Counted from the first letter of the stretch, positions 7,786-15,507 are shown. The stretch: DNA of 15,507 nucleotides from a virus (IMGVR_UViG_2778261457_000008:1-15507); one strand, 5' to 3'. Numbers and translations are program-made. Notes: generated from the sequence alone by a model not told the origin.

Positions 7786-7812
7786 AAAAAAATTGCCCTC
7801 ACACTGGAGGGC
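7786..7812 (-). terminator. tL1-like intrinsic terminator on minus strand (stem GCCCTC/GAGGGC, loop CAGTGT, then AATTTTTTT)
   Basis: Read from sequence; lies just upstream of the coiled-coil gene's SD. Confidence 0.5.
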
Positions 7813-7962
7813 AAAGAAGATTTCCAATAATCAGAACAAGTCGGCTCCTGTTTAGTTACGAGCGACATTGCTCAGTGTATTCACTCGTTGGAATGAATAT
7901 ACAGTGCAGTGTTTATTAGTATGCCTGTCTTTTAACCACATCAGGCTCGGTGGTTCTCGTGT

Positions 7963-8010
7963 ACCCCTACAGCGAGAAATCGGATAAACTCTATTCACCC
8001 CTACAGAGAG
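7963..8010. repeat. Two 14-bp direct repeats ACCCCTACAG(C/A)GAG, 34 bp apart, upstream of sieB
   Basis: 7963-7976 and 7997-8010, 13/14 identical; the second ends 16 bp before the sieB ATG. Confidence 0.4.
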
Positions 8011-8026
8011 CAAAAGAGAAACGCCG

Positions 8027-8608
8027 ATGAACAACTCATGGTGGCAGGAACTAATGCATTTTTTCCTGCAAGGAATGACACTTAAACAGTTGATTCATAT
8101 GCTAATCATCCTAATCATATTGATTATTGTTATGCCTGTAAGCGTAAAAGAATGGATAAACCTGCATAATCCAGAAATCCTTCCTCATTACTGGATGTAT
8201 TACATCCTGTTGTTTTGCGTTAGCTATGTGCTTAACGGCGTTGTTAATTCCGCTTATCACGCTGTGACTGAAAGAATTGAGATATTCGCTGCTCAGAAGC
8301 GCAAATCTAAAGAAGAGAAATACGTGCAAGATTTGTTTGATTCGTTAACTCTTGGAGAAAGAGCGTATTTGGCATTCGCTGTAGCCGCTAATAACCAGCT
8401 AAAGACAGAAAAGGGAAGCCCTGAAGCAATCTCATTGCTCGAAAAAGGGCTTCTTATTCGGGTACCTTCTGCTACTGGATATCCTGAAATCGACCGTTTT
8501 GTTATCCCGGAACGCTATAGAAATGAGTGCTACATTAGGTTTGCTGGGAAGAAAGACAGTCTTATGGATGAACTTATCGCTCAGGATAAGCATGGCAAAA
8601 ACAAGTAA
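8027..8608 (+). CDS. sieB: Superinfection exclusion protein B-like membrane protein
   Basis: 193 aa; N-terminal hydrophobic helices then a soluble domain; opposite strand from its neighbours next to N, as for sieB in lambdoid and Rac prophages; family call is from memory. Confidence 0.55.
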   Translation: MNNSWWQELMHFFLQGMTLKQLIHMLIILIILIIVMPVSVKEWINLHNPEILPHYWMYYILLFCVSYVLNGVVNSAYHAVTERIEIFAAQKRKSKEEKYVQDLFDSLTLGERAYLAFAVAANNQLKTEKGSPEAISLLEKGLLIRVPSATGYPEIDRFVIPERYRNECYIRFAGKKDSLMDELIAQDKHGKNK

Positions 8609-8624
8609 TTAGCAAATTAATTTA

Positions 8625-8897
8625 TCATCTCGCCGTCAGTTGTTTTGATTTCCGGTAGCCTGCCGCGTAAATGGCTACGTTTGGCAGGCAAATACTTCCA
8701 CTGCATTCATCTGCCTTCTTGCAGCGAAGGCTTCCGAGTGATGCTGCTTTGTCTGCTCTGACGCAACCAGAGAGCTTTAGCGCAATTTTTCGCGCCAGTC
8801 GCTGTTCTTGCATTGCCTGCTCACGTTGAGCCTGTCTGCGTGCTCTGCGGCGATTTCTGGCGTTATCGTCAGCCAGATATGTAATGACTACTGCCAT
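8625..8897 (-). CDS. N: Antitermination protein N (P22 gp24-like)
   Basis: 90 aa; N-terminal arginine-rich motif NARNRRRARRQAQRE; C-terminus …YAAGYRKSKQLTAR recalled from P22 gene 24; GGAGG 5 nt upstream; nutL and pL lie upstream. Confidence 0.7.
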   Translation of the reverse strand: MAVVITYLADDNARNRRRARRQAQREQAMQEQRLARKIALKLSGCVRADKAASLGSLRCKKADECSGSICLPNVAIYAAGYRKSKQLTAR

Positions 8898-9004
8898 GTT
8901 GACCTCCGATGATTGACTTTGGCGGTGACGCGCCGGGTGCTTATCTTCCGGTTGCCGTCGTGCAGCTGCACTTCACGTCACCCCAAAGCCAACTACTCTT
9001 TGGT

Positions 9005-9045
9005 TCCCGCATTTCGGCGGGACAATCCCATCAATGTTAAAGAGC
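9005..9045 (-). promoter_or_regulatory. nutL: boxA (GCTCTTTAA) followed by boxB hairpin (CCCGC CGAAAT GCGGG)
   Basis: Read on the minus strand between pL and N; the boxB sequence is identical to the one at nutR. Confidence 0.55.
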
Positions 9046-9091
9046 CTGCCAATCTGTTCCGTTTGGCTACCAGCGTCCTGCTGATGGCTAA

Positions 9092-9132
9092 AGAATACTG
9101 TAGGTATTTTATTGTGTAAATACCCAAGGTAT
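9092..9132 (-). promoter_or_regulatory. pL with OL operators
   Basis: Minus-strand -35 TTTACA (9115-9120) and -10 TATTCT (9092-9097) with 17-bp spacer; operators ATACTGTAGGTAT (9095-9107) and ATACCCAAGGTAT (9120-9132) overlap them. Confidence 0.55.
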
Positions 9133-9265
9133 TTATTTTTGGTGAAATAATGATAAGCAAATGAATACAAAGGATATTTATTTTTTTCGGTGTCTGCTTG
9201 TTCAGTGCTTTTTATGCGGGATATGTGAAGTGGATCCCGATAGCTATTGCTGCCGGGATTATAGG

Positions 9266-9634
9266 TTAGTCAGCGAAGGTTAAGACGAGAATTACCTTAA
9301 TGATGTCTGCTACAACAGACACGGCCATAGATAAACCAAAGACGATCCAAGCCACAGTGATGTCTTCACTACCATCGTATAGAGTTCCGTAATCACTGGT
9401 GTAAGGCGTAAATGTCGCGCCTTGATACAATAGGTATAAGCTTGATCCATAGAGGATAAATGCAGATATCCCTTGTATTGCTATGATCACAAGAATCATG
9501 AAACGAGCTGATCTATGCGCCCAAGCCTGGCTTATTTTTTCTGATAGAGATTTCGCAATAAAAGCATGCGCTAAGCCGTAAATTGTCGAGATTGCCAACA
9601 TCCCAAAAAAGCTTGCTATAGCGGTTCCAACCAT
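9266..9634 (-). CDS. Small integral membrane protein (about 122 aa, about 4 TM) directly downstream of cI, in the rex slot
   Basis: ATG at 9634 with AAGGGG 5 nt upstream, 17 nt after the cI stop; the track's start at 9655 is a TTG overlapping the cI stop; very hydrophobic; no recognisable family. Confidence 0.6.
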   Translation of the reverse strand: MVGTAIASFFGMLAISTIYGLAHAFIAKSLSEKISQAWAHRSARFMILVIIAIQGISAFILYGSSLYLLYQGATFTPYTSDYGTLYDGSEDITVAWIVFGLSMAVSVVADIIKVILVLTFAD

Positions 9635-9651
9635 AAGCGCCCCTTGCGTGA

Positions 9652-10368
9652 TCAAACCAGCCTTAGTTTTGTCTCAATTGCAACGCCTATAATCTTGCAG
9701 TTTCCATTGATTGGCACGAGAGGCCATGCAGGATTAAGTCCCTTGAGGTATTTATTTCCGCCGTCGATTATCAGCTTCTTGAATGTTGCTTCGTTAGAGT
9801 CAGAAAGTTTTGCTATGACCAAGCTGCCGTTGATCGCCTCCCTTCCGGTATCGAAAAGAACGAATGTTCCCTCTGGAATGCTTAACCCAACCGGTGCCGT
9901 CATTGAATCACCTTCCACTTTAAGCCAAAACGCATTACCTTGAATATGCGCGTCAGACTCAAGCCAAACATCTATGTCTTTAATGGTGTATGGTTCGCAT
10001 GCTTCACACCACGAGCCAGCCTGGATACTGCTTAACACCGGATACCTCTTTCCTGCTCTGTATTCCCCTGCATACCTTACGTTGGCATCGCTCTTAAGGC
10101 TTTCTGCCTGTTCTGCAACCTTGGCAGCAATTGACTGGCTAAAATCAGCAATTGAGACTTGCAACAATCGTGCAAAACCAGATGCAACCTCAACGTTTAG
10201 CGCGTTTCTGCCATTAAGATAATGCCCTACCGCTCCTTGGGTGATACCAAGTTCATCAGCGATTGAGTATTGGGTTATTCCCAATTCTTTCTTTTTTGAC
10301 TCATACAAAGCCTTAAGACGCTTAGCGTCTTCGAGCTGTTCTGTCGTCAGTGATTTTTTATTTTCCAT
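9652..10368 (-). CDS. cI: CI-type prophage repressor (HTH + S24 LexA-like autocleavage domain)
   Basis: 238 aa; N-terminus LTTEQLEDAKRLKALYESKKKELGITQ and C-terminal FWLKVEGDSMTAP…FKKL closely parallel lambda CI; divergent from cro across operators. Confidence 0.9.
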   Translation of the reverse strand: MENKKSLTTEQLEDAKRLKALYESKKKELGITQYSIADELGITQGAVGHYLNGRNALNVEVASGFARLLQVSIADFSQSIAAKVAEQAESLKSDANVRYAGEYRAGKRYPVLSSIQAGSWCEACEPYTIKDIDVWLESDAHIQGNAFWLKVEGDSMTAPVGLSIPEGTFVLFDTGREAINGSLVIAKLSDSNEATFKKLIIDGGNKYLKGLNPAWPLVPINGNCKIIGVAIETKLRLV

Positions 10369-10374
10369 AGCTTA

Positions 10375-10445
10375 ATTCTAATAGCTAAGGTACTTAAACT
10401 AAAAATACCCTAAGTATTGATTGCTTTGAATACCTGTAGTATTCT
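10375..10445. promoter_or_regulatory. OR switch: three operators with divergent pR and pRM
   Basis: Operators ATAGCTAAGGTAC (10381-10393, weak), ATACCCTAAGTAT (10405-10417), ATACCTGTAGTAT (10430-10442), centres about 25 bp apart; pR -35 TTGATT (10417-10422) and -10 TATTCT (10440-10445); minus-strand TAGAAT (10375-10380) abutting the cI ATG suggests a leaderless pRM transcript. Confidence 0.6.
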
Positions 10446-10474
10446 TTGTTCATGGTTAATAACGGAGAGTGCAT

Positions 10475-10669
10475 ATGATTCGAATGACACTTGCCGATTA
10501 CGCCAAAATCCATGGACAGGCTAAAGCAGCCAGTGACTTTGGTGTAATCCAGTGCGCTATCAGCAAGGCCATTCTGGCAGGCCGTAACATTATGGTTACG
10601 GTAAAGCCTGATGGCAGTGTGATTGGAGAGGAAGTTCGTCCTTTCCCAAGCAACAAGAAAAACAAATAG
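10475..10669 (+). CDS. cro: Cro repressor
   Basis: 64 aa from the ATG at 10475 (GGAGAG 5 nt upstream); …[40 protein letters not shown] parallels lambda Cro; the track's GTG start at 10469 is too close to the SD. Confidence 0.85.
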   Translation: MIRMTLADYAKIHGQAKAASDFGVIQCAISKAILAGRNIMVTVKPDGSVIGEEVRPFPSNKKNK

Positions 10670-10675
10670 TAACAC

Positions 10676-10720
10676 CGCTCTTTAACAGTCATGGTCCTCA
10701 TTCCCGCCGAAATGCGGGAA
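10676..10720 (+). promoter_or_regulatory. nutR: boxA (CGCTCTTTAACA) and boxB hairpin (CCCGC CGAAAT GCGGG)
   Basis: Immediately after the cro stop; boxB identical to nutL. Confidence 0.6.
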
Positions 10721-10777
10721 TACAACGCGCACAAGTTGATGCGCATAACTTCTTATTAGTTAAGGAAATACTTACAT

Positions 10778-11056
10778 ATGCAACTTACAAGTACTCGCAA
10801 GAAAGCGAATGCAATTACAAGCAACATCCTGAATCGAATTGCTGTACGTGGTCAGCGAAAGGTTGCCGACGCGTTAGGGATTAATGAATCGCAAATTTCG
10901 CGATGGAAAGACAGCTTCATCCCAAAAATGGGAATGCTTCTGGCTGTTCTTGAATGGGGTGTTGAAGACGAGGAGTTGGCGGAACTGGCTAAGAAAGTAG
11001 CAAGAATGCTGACAAAAGAAAAAGCCCCGAAGAACGGCGAATTCTTCGAGGCCTGA
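10778..11056 (+). CDS. cII: CII transcriptional activator
   Basis: 92 aa; …[39 protein letters not shown] parallels lambda CII. Confidence 0.8.
   Translation: MQLTSTRKKANAITSNILNRIAVRGQRKVADALGINESQISRWKDSFIPKMGMLLAVLEWGVEDEELAELAKKVARMLTKEKAPKNGEFFEA
11014..11052 (-). terminator. oop-like antisense intrinsic terminator overlapping the cII 3' end
   Basis: Minus strand: 11-bp stem with one mismatch (GCCTCGAAGAA / TTCTTCGGGGC), 7-nt loop, then TTTTTCTTTT. Confidence 0.5.
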
Positions 11057-11090
11057 TGTAGAAAGACTGGATCAATCCACAGGAGTAATT

Positions 11091-11237
11091 ATGACAAAAC
11101 AACTCAGTCCTTACCAGGACAAAATTCACAAACACATACTACGTGATCGCTTCCTGTCCAGCTTCAAGCAGCCTGGTCGATTCCGGGCTGAGTTGGAAAA
11201 AGTGAAGCTGATGCAGAAGGAGAAAGGTCATGAGTAA
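11091..11237 (+). CDS. Candidate small basic protein (48 aa) between cII and O
   Basis: ATG with AGGAG 5 nt upstream; no internal stops; overlaps the O start by 8 nt; not in the ORF track (<60 aa); [48 protein letters not shown]. Confidence 0.35.
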   Translation: MTKQLSPYQDKIHKHILRDRFLSSFKQPGRFRAELEKVKLMQKEKGHE

Positions 11238-12090
11238 TCTTGCAACCGTAACACATTTAAGGCCTTCACAACGGCCTGTGGAGCGTCGTGTGGCAGAAGT
11301 TGAAGATGGTTATACCCGTCTTGCAAATGCCCTGTATGAAGAGCTTATCGGCGCTGATTTAACGAAAAATCAGAGCAAGGTTGCCCACGCCATATGCCGT
11401 AAAACATACGGCTACGGTAAAAAGATGGATCGCATCTCTGATAGTCAGTTAGCTCAAATTACCAGGCTGCCAAGACAGAAGGTAAACAAGGCCAAGAATG
11501 AGCTTATCGCGATGAAGGTTATCCTTCGCGAAGGCCAGCAAATCGGGCCTAACAAGAACATCGAGGAATGGCAAATCGAAGGGTGTCACTACTCTGGTGA
11601 TAATGTCACTGCATTGGTGACAAAAAGTGTCACCAAAACGGTGACAGCGCTGTCACCAAAACAGGGACACACAAAAGAAACTATTACAAAAGAAAAAAGA
11701 AATAATAAAAACACTATGTCCGAAAGTGTTCGGACGGAGTGTGAAAAATCACATGACCGTCACGAAGAAACCGACAAGGCATTCGAGGAAATATTCTGGT
11801 GTGCAGGCATGCGGAAAGCCGGGAAGAAAAACGCAGCTTCGGCATTCAGAACACAGTTCAGGGAATGGCGTAAAACTACCAGGGGTACGGCAAGCGAGTT
11901 TGCCACGATGCTGGCAGAAGACATCGCATGCAGGAATGGTAAGCAGTTCGGATTCGACAGGTTGTTACCATCGAGCTACCTGAACGGTCAACGCTGGAAC
12001 GACGAGAAGCCAGAAACTATTCAACCACAATCCAAACCATCATCCGCAATCACCGTATCGAAAACTGGCTACGTGTTTTTCGACAGGTGA
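11230..12090 (+). CDS. O: Replication initiator, lambda O-like N-terminal DNA-binding domain with divergent C-terminal domain
   Basis: 286 aa; N-terminal region (…[14 protein letters not shown]…[40 protein letters not shown]…) parallels lambda O; AAGGAG 7 nt upstream; origin iterons lie inside the gene. Confidence 0.8.
   Translation: MSNLATVTHLRPSQRPVERRVAEVEDGYTRLANALYEELIGADLTKNQSKVAHAICRKTYGYGKKMDRISDSQLAQITRLPRQKVNKAKNELIAMKVILREGQQIGPNKNIEEWQIEGCHYSGDNVTALVTKSVTKTVTALSPKQGHTKETITKEKRNNKNTMSESVRTECEKSHDRHEETDKAFEEIFWCAGMRKAGKKNAASAFRTQFREWRKTTRGTASEFATMLAEDIACRNGKQFGFDRLLPSSYLNGQRWNDEKPETIQPQSKPSSAITVSKTGYVFFDR
11584..11715. repeat. Replication origin: iterons followed by an AT-rich tract, inside the O gene
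   Basis: Palindromic units GGTGACA-N5-TGTCACC (11616-11634) and GGTGACA-N4-TGTCACC (11640-11657), a partial unit at 11596-11610, each followed by AAAAC; AT-rich run 11658-11715. Confidence 0.6.
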
Positions 12091-12093
12091 ACC

Positions 12094-12201
12094 ATGAAAT
12101 CAAAAATCAAATCGCTACTGGTCGCTGGTTATAACCACGGCTGGTTAAGTATTTCGTTTGTAGATTTCTGGTTTAAAAATCTCAATCTGAGGGAATCATG
12201 A
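12094..12201 (+). CDS. Possible 35-aa hydrophobic micro-ORF coupled to the helicase gene
   Basis: ATG 4 nt after the O stop with AGGTG 4 nt upstream; its TGA overlaps the helicase ATG (ATGA); could be chance. Confidence 0.25.
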   Translation: MKSKIKSLLVAGYNHGWLSISFVDFWFKNLNLRES

Positions 12202-14078
12202 GGCCAAGTGAACTTAGCGACCTGCTTTGGGCGCAGGTTGACAGGGTGGCTCCGCACCTGTTGCCAAACGGCAAGAAAGAGGGGCATGAGTGGGTTGCCG
12301 GTAACGTCAACGGTGACAAGGGAAACAGCCTTAAGGTCAACCTTAGCGGCAAGAAAAAATGGGCTGATTTCGCTGAGGGAGACGGCGGTGACATGCTTGA
12401 TTTGTGGATGGCATGTCGTGGAATTAACCTGCATCAGGCTATGCAGGAAGCGAAAGCCTTTCTCGGAATCAAGGATGACGATCACCATTTCGATGCCAAA
12501 CGTGAGAAGAAATTCTCCAGACCTGACCGCAAGAAAATCGCCCGCTACGTTACCAGAACAGAATCCCATCTTGAGTACCTGCAATCGCGTGGCATATCGC
12601 CAGAAGTCGTAAAGCGCTACGAGGTTGTCAGCGGCAAGGTGTGGAATGGAGAACGAGAACTTGATGCACTGGTGCTTCCGTACAAACGCGATGGTGAGTT
12701 GTTGCAGGTCAAGCGAATCAGCACTGAGCGCCCGGACGGGAAGAAAGTCATTATGGCAGAAGGTGATTGTGAACCTTGTCTGTTCGGATGGCAGGCTCTG
12801 GACGCTGGCGTGAGGGCGGTTGTACTTTGCGAAGGCGAAATTGATTGTATGAGCTATGCGCAATACGGCATCTCGGCGTTATCCGTGCCGTTTGGTGGCG
12901 GGAAAGGCGCTAAGCAACAGTGGATTGAGTTTGAGTATCACAATCTCGACAGGTTTGAGGAAATATTCATCTCGATGGACGTTGATGATGTTGGTCGTGA
13001 AGCCGCAATGGAAATCGCAAGCCGACTCGGTGAACATCGTTGCCGTCTTGTTACTCTGCCGTACAAAGACATCAACGAATGCCTGATGAACGGTGTTACC
13101 GAGGATGAAATCTGGCAGTACATCGGCACGGCATCCTACTTCGATCCTGAAGAACTCTACAGTGCGCGAGAGTTTTACCAGGACACTATCAACGCTTTCT
13201 ACGGCAAGCAGCAATATCTGTTTAATCCACCGTGGGAATCTCTGGCAGATAAATTCCAGTTCCGTGAGGCAGAGTTGACGCTGGTCAATGGTGTGAACGG
13301 TCACGGAAAAACGGAGGTTGTCGGGCATATGGCACTTGAGGCAATGCGTCAGGGTGTGAAGACGTGCATCGCGTCACTTGAGCTGAAGCCAGGCATTCTC
13401 CTTAAGCGACTTACCCGTCAGGCGACGTGCTGCAAGATGCCGCCAGTGCTGGAAATTGACTCTGCATTTAAATTTTATGACGAAAGACTTTGGGTGTTTG
13501 GCCTGACCGGAACGGCGAAAGCCGACAGGCTGATCGAAATATTCGACTACGCTCGCCGCCGATACGGGATCCAGTTATTCATCATCGACAGCCTGATGAA
13601 ATGTGGCATAGGCGACGATGACTATAACGGGCAGAAGGCGTTTGTTGACTCGATTTGCGACTTCAAAAACAAAACAAACTCCCACGTCATTCTCGTTACT
13701 CACTCGCGAAAAGGAGACAGCGAAGAAAAACCAACCGGGAAAATGGACGTAAAAGGCTCTGGAGCGATAACAGACCTGACAGACAACCTTTTCATCATCT
13801 GGCGTAACAAGGCTCGCGAGAGAGCGTTACAGAGAGTTCAGAGTGGTGAAAAGATGTCAGAGAAGGACGAACAGTTACTGGCATCTCCGGCATCTGTTTT
13901 GATGCTTGAAAAACAACGTAACGGCGAAGGTTGGGAAGGTGGTGTCCCGTTGTTCCTTGACGAGCAATCGCACCAGTTCCTGCAACTTGAATCAGGATCG
14001 CCATATAGCTACATCGCCAATATGCCGAAATCGGAATATGACGAGGCGTGGCGACAGGAAAACGTGACGGAGTATTAA
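12198..14078 (+). CDS. Bifunctional DNA primase/helicase (Toprim primase domain + DnaB/RecA-like P-loop helicase)
   Basis: 626 aa; Toprim-like VLCEGEIDCMS and ISMDVDDVG; Walker A GVNGHGKTE, Walker B FIIDSLMK, then ILVTHSRKG; occupies the lambda P slot. Confidence 0.8.
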   Translation: MRPSELSDLLWAQVDRVAPHLLPNGKKEGHEWVAGNVNGDKGNSLKVNLSGKKKWADFAEGDGGDMLDLWMACRGINLHQAMQEAKAFLGIKDDDHHFDAKREKKFSRPDRKKIARYVTRTESHLEYLQSRGISPEVVKRYEVVSGKVWNGERELDALVLPYKRDGELLQVKRISTERPDGKKVIMAEGDCEPCLFGWQALDAGVRAVVLCEGEIDCMSYAQYGISALSVPFGGGKGAKQQWIEFEYHNLDRFEEIFISMDVDDVGREAAMEIASRLGEHRCRLVTLPYKDINECLMNGVTEDEIWQYIGTASYFDPEELYSAREFYQDTINAFYGKQQYLFNPPWESLADKFQFREAELTLVNGVNGHGKTEVVGHMALEAMRQGVKTCIASLELKPGILLKRLTRQATCCKMPPVLEIDSAFKFYDERLWVFGLTGTAKADRLIEIFDYARRRYGIQLFIIDSLMKCGIGDDDYNGQKAFVDSICDFKNKTNSHVILVTHSRKGDSEEKPTGKMDVKGSGAITDLTDNLFIIWRNKARERALQRVQSGEKMSEKDEQLLASPASVLMLEKQRNGEGWEGGVPLFLDEQSHQFLQLESGSPYSYIANMPKSEYDEAWRQENVTEY

Positions 14079-14109
14079 ATGACCATCTACATCACTGAGC
14101 TAATAACAG

Positions 14110-14136
14110 GGGCTATTTACACAGTAGCCCTTTTTT
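14110..14136 (+). terminator. tR2-like intrinsic terminator between the replication genes and the nin region
   Basis: Stem GGGCTA/TAGCCC with 9-nt loop followed by TTTTTT. Confidence 0.6.
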
Positions 14137-14163
14137 ATTGGATTAAGAACGAGGGGGATCCTG

Positions 14164-14376
14164 ATGGACACCGTTAACGGAATGTGTTCAGACGCACCGC
14201 GTGCCAAAAAATGTAAATGCGGAAAATCACCGACAATATTCGACATGGAGAACGGGTGCCAAATCTACTGCGCTAACCACGCCGCTGTGGCGGCCGCGAA
14301 TTATCGCAGTGCGGTAACGGAGTGGAATAACCTGAAATCTGTTAGAGAGGGAAGTCATGAAAAAACTAACCTTTGA
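14164..14376 (+). CDS. Small Cys-rich (zinc-ribbon-like) nin-region protein
   Basis: 70 aa with CKCG…GCQIYC cysteine pairs; AGGGGG 6 nt upstream; its 3' end overlaps the ninB start by 20 nt; possibly Lar-like, not confirmed. Confidence 0.5.
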   Translation: MDTVNGMCSDAPRAKKCKCGKSPTIFDMENGCQIYCANHAAVAAANYRSAVTEWNNLKSVREGSHEKTNL

Positions 14377-14797
14377 AATTCGATCTCCAGTACATCAGCA
14401 AAACGCTATTCACGCAGTACAGCAAATCCTTCCAGACCCAACAAAACCAATCGTAGTAACCATTCAGGAGCGCAACCGCAGCTTAGACCAAAATCGGAAG
14501 CTTTGGGCTTGCCTTGGTGACGTTTCGCGTCAGGTTGAATGGCATGGTCGCTGGCTGGATGCAGAAAGCTGGAAGTGTGTGTTTACCGCAGCATTAAAGC
14601 AGCAGGACGTTGTTCCTAACCTTGCCGGGAATGGCTTTGTGGTAATAGGCCAGTCAACCAGCAGGATGCGTGTAGGCGAATTTGCGGAGCTATTAGAGCT
14701 TATACAGGCATTCGGTACAGAGCGTGGCGTTAAGTGGTCAGACGAAGCGAGACTGGCTCTTGAGTGGAAAGCGAGATGGGGAGATCGGGCTGCATGA
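14357..14797 (+). CDS. ninB: NinB (Orf) recombination mediator
   Basis: 146 aa; essentially the lambda NinB sequence as I recall it ([72 protein letters not shown]…). Confidence 0.85.
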   Translation: MKKLTFEIRSPVHQQNAIHAVQQILPDPTKPIVVTIQERNRSLDQNRKLWACLGDVSRQVEWHGRWLDAESWKCVFTAALKQQDVVPNLAGNGFVVIGQSTSRMRVGEFAELLELIQAFGTERGVKWSDEARLALEWKARWGDRAA

Positions 14798-15507
14798 TAA
14801 ATGTCGTTAGTTTCTCCGGTGGCAGGACGTCAGCATATTTGCTCTGGCTAATGGAGCAAAAGCGACAGGCAGGTGAAGACGTGCATTACGTTTTCATGGA
14901 TACAGGGGCAGAGCACCCTAAAACATATGAGTTCATCCGAAATATCGTCAGTAACTGGAAAATAGACTTACATTGCCTTCGTGTAATACCTAATCCAGAA
15001 ATGGGGAAGGCCAGTAGTTATGAAGAGATAGGTGTCAATGATATTGGTCCAGATCTTATACCGTGGAAAAGGATGTTGAATAAATACGGACATCCATATA
15101 TCGGCGGTGCGTTCTGTACCGACAGAATGAAGTCTGTTCCATTCACCAAATATTGTCAGGAAAAGTTTGGGAAAGGAAATTTCATCACATGGCTTGGCAT
15201 TCGCACAGATGAACCAAACAGGCTTAAAAGGGCTAATGGTTTTCGGTACCTGGCTGATATAAGCGATTTTGAAAAACAGGATGTGCTTGATTGGTGGAGT
15301 GAGCAGAAGTTTGATCTTGGCATACAGGAGCATCTTGGTAATTGTGTTTTCTGCATAAAAAAAAGTATGCAAAAGGTGGCGCTGGCAGCCATGGATGAGC
15401 CAGAACTTGCAGATGCATTTATCAACATCCTTGATACAGAAATAAAAACAGGAAAGGTAGACTGGCCCCCTGAATCTCCAGACAACCAATATCACTTAAA
15501 TAAGTGA
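14794..15507 (+). CDS. PP-loop ATP pyrophosphatase / PAPS-reductase-like protein (NinC-position)
   Basis: ATG at 14794 overlaps the ninB stop (ATGA); product begins [15 protein letters not shown], a P-loop-like SGGxxS signature; 237 aa; stop is the last codon of the window. Confidence 0.65.
   Translation: MINVVSFSGGRTSAYLLWLMEQKRQAGEDVHYVFMDTGAEHPKTYEFIRNIVSNWKIDLHCLRVIPNPEMGKASSYEEIGVNDIGPDLIPWKRMLNKYGHPYIGGAFCTDRMKSVPFTKYCQEKFGKGNFITWLGIRTDEPNRLKRANGFRYLADISDFEKQDVLDWWSEQKFDLGIQEHLGNCVFCIKKSMQKVALAAMDEPELADAFINILDTEIKTGKVDWPPESPDNQYHLNK

Larger units (their letters stand above)
1690..15507. mobile_element. Lambdoid prophage, distal (xis-side) end through nin region; integrase and intact tRNA expected beyond the right edge
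   Basis: att core at 1690-1704 followed by an uninterrupted run of phage genes (excisionase, ssb, cIII, kil, sieB, N, cI, cro, cII, O, helicase, ninB) in lambda-like order. Confidence 0.85.

Noticed and set aside
7852-8034. 60-aa minus-strand ORF overlapping the sieB start
   Set aside because: TTG start without SD in the promoter region of sieB; more likely non-coding
12129-13328. Minus-strand ORFs of 244, 149 and 70 aa plus short plus-strand alternatives inside the helicase gene
   Set aside because: They lie within the 626-aa primase/helicase reading frame, whose conserved Toprim and Walker motifs establish the true frame
14968-15495. Minus-strand ORFs of 175, 109 and 61 aa
   Set aside because: Antisense to the PP-loop gene, which has the coupled ATGA start and the conserved motif
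1-15507. CRISPR arrays, complete tRNA or rRNA genes, IS elements, integrase
   Set aside because: Looked for regular repeat-spacer arrays, cloverleaf-length tRNA sequences and transposase or integrase-like ORFs; only the two tRNA 3'-end fragments were found

Overview
The window is a host/prophage junction from an enterobacterial (E. coli-like) chromosome. Bases 1-1248 encode a LacY-family sugar:H+ symporter that I recognise as sucrose permease CscB (host flank). At 1690-1704 (minus) sits a 15-nt copy of a tRNA 3' end (…CTGCAGGGGACACCA, recalled as argW), which I read as the distal attachment-site core of a lambdoid prophage occupying the rest of the window. No integrase and no intact tRNA are present. 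The first prophage gene is a TorI/AlpA-type excisionase, matching the KplE1/HK620/Sf6 layout where int and xis lie at opposite prophage ends. Most of the early-left operon runs on the minus strand: small accessory genes, an Ead/Ea22-like gene, an HNH nuclease, SSB, a Rad52-like annealing protein, kil, cIII and a long coiled-coil protein. Then come sieB (plus strand), N with nutL, and a lambda-type immunity switch (cI, cro, OL/OR operators of consensus ATACC-N3-GGTAT, pL/pR/pRM). Rightward are nutR, cII, an O-like initiator with in-gene origin iterons, a Toprim primase/DnaB-like helicase fusion, a terminator, and the nin region (Zn-ribbon protein, NinB, PP-loop protein). I found no single unambiguous novel multi-gene system. 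The best candidates for undescribed biology are a small 4-TM membrane protein translationally linked to cI in the rex slot, and a split tRNA 3' end whose two halves flank the excisionase gene. All homology statements rest on reading the translations and on recalled family signatures; no database search was run.
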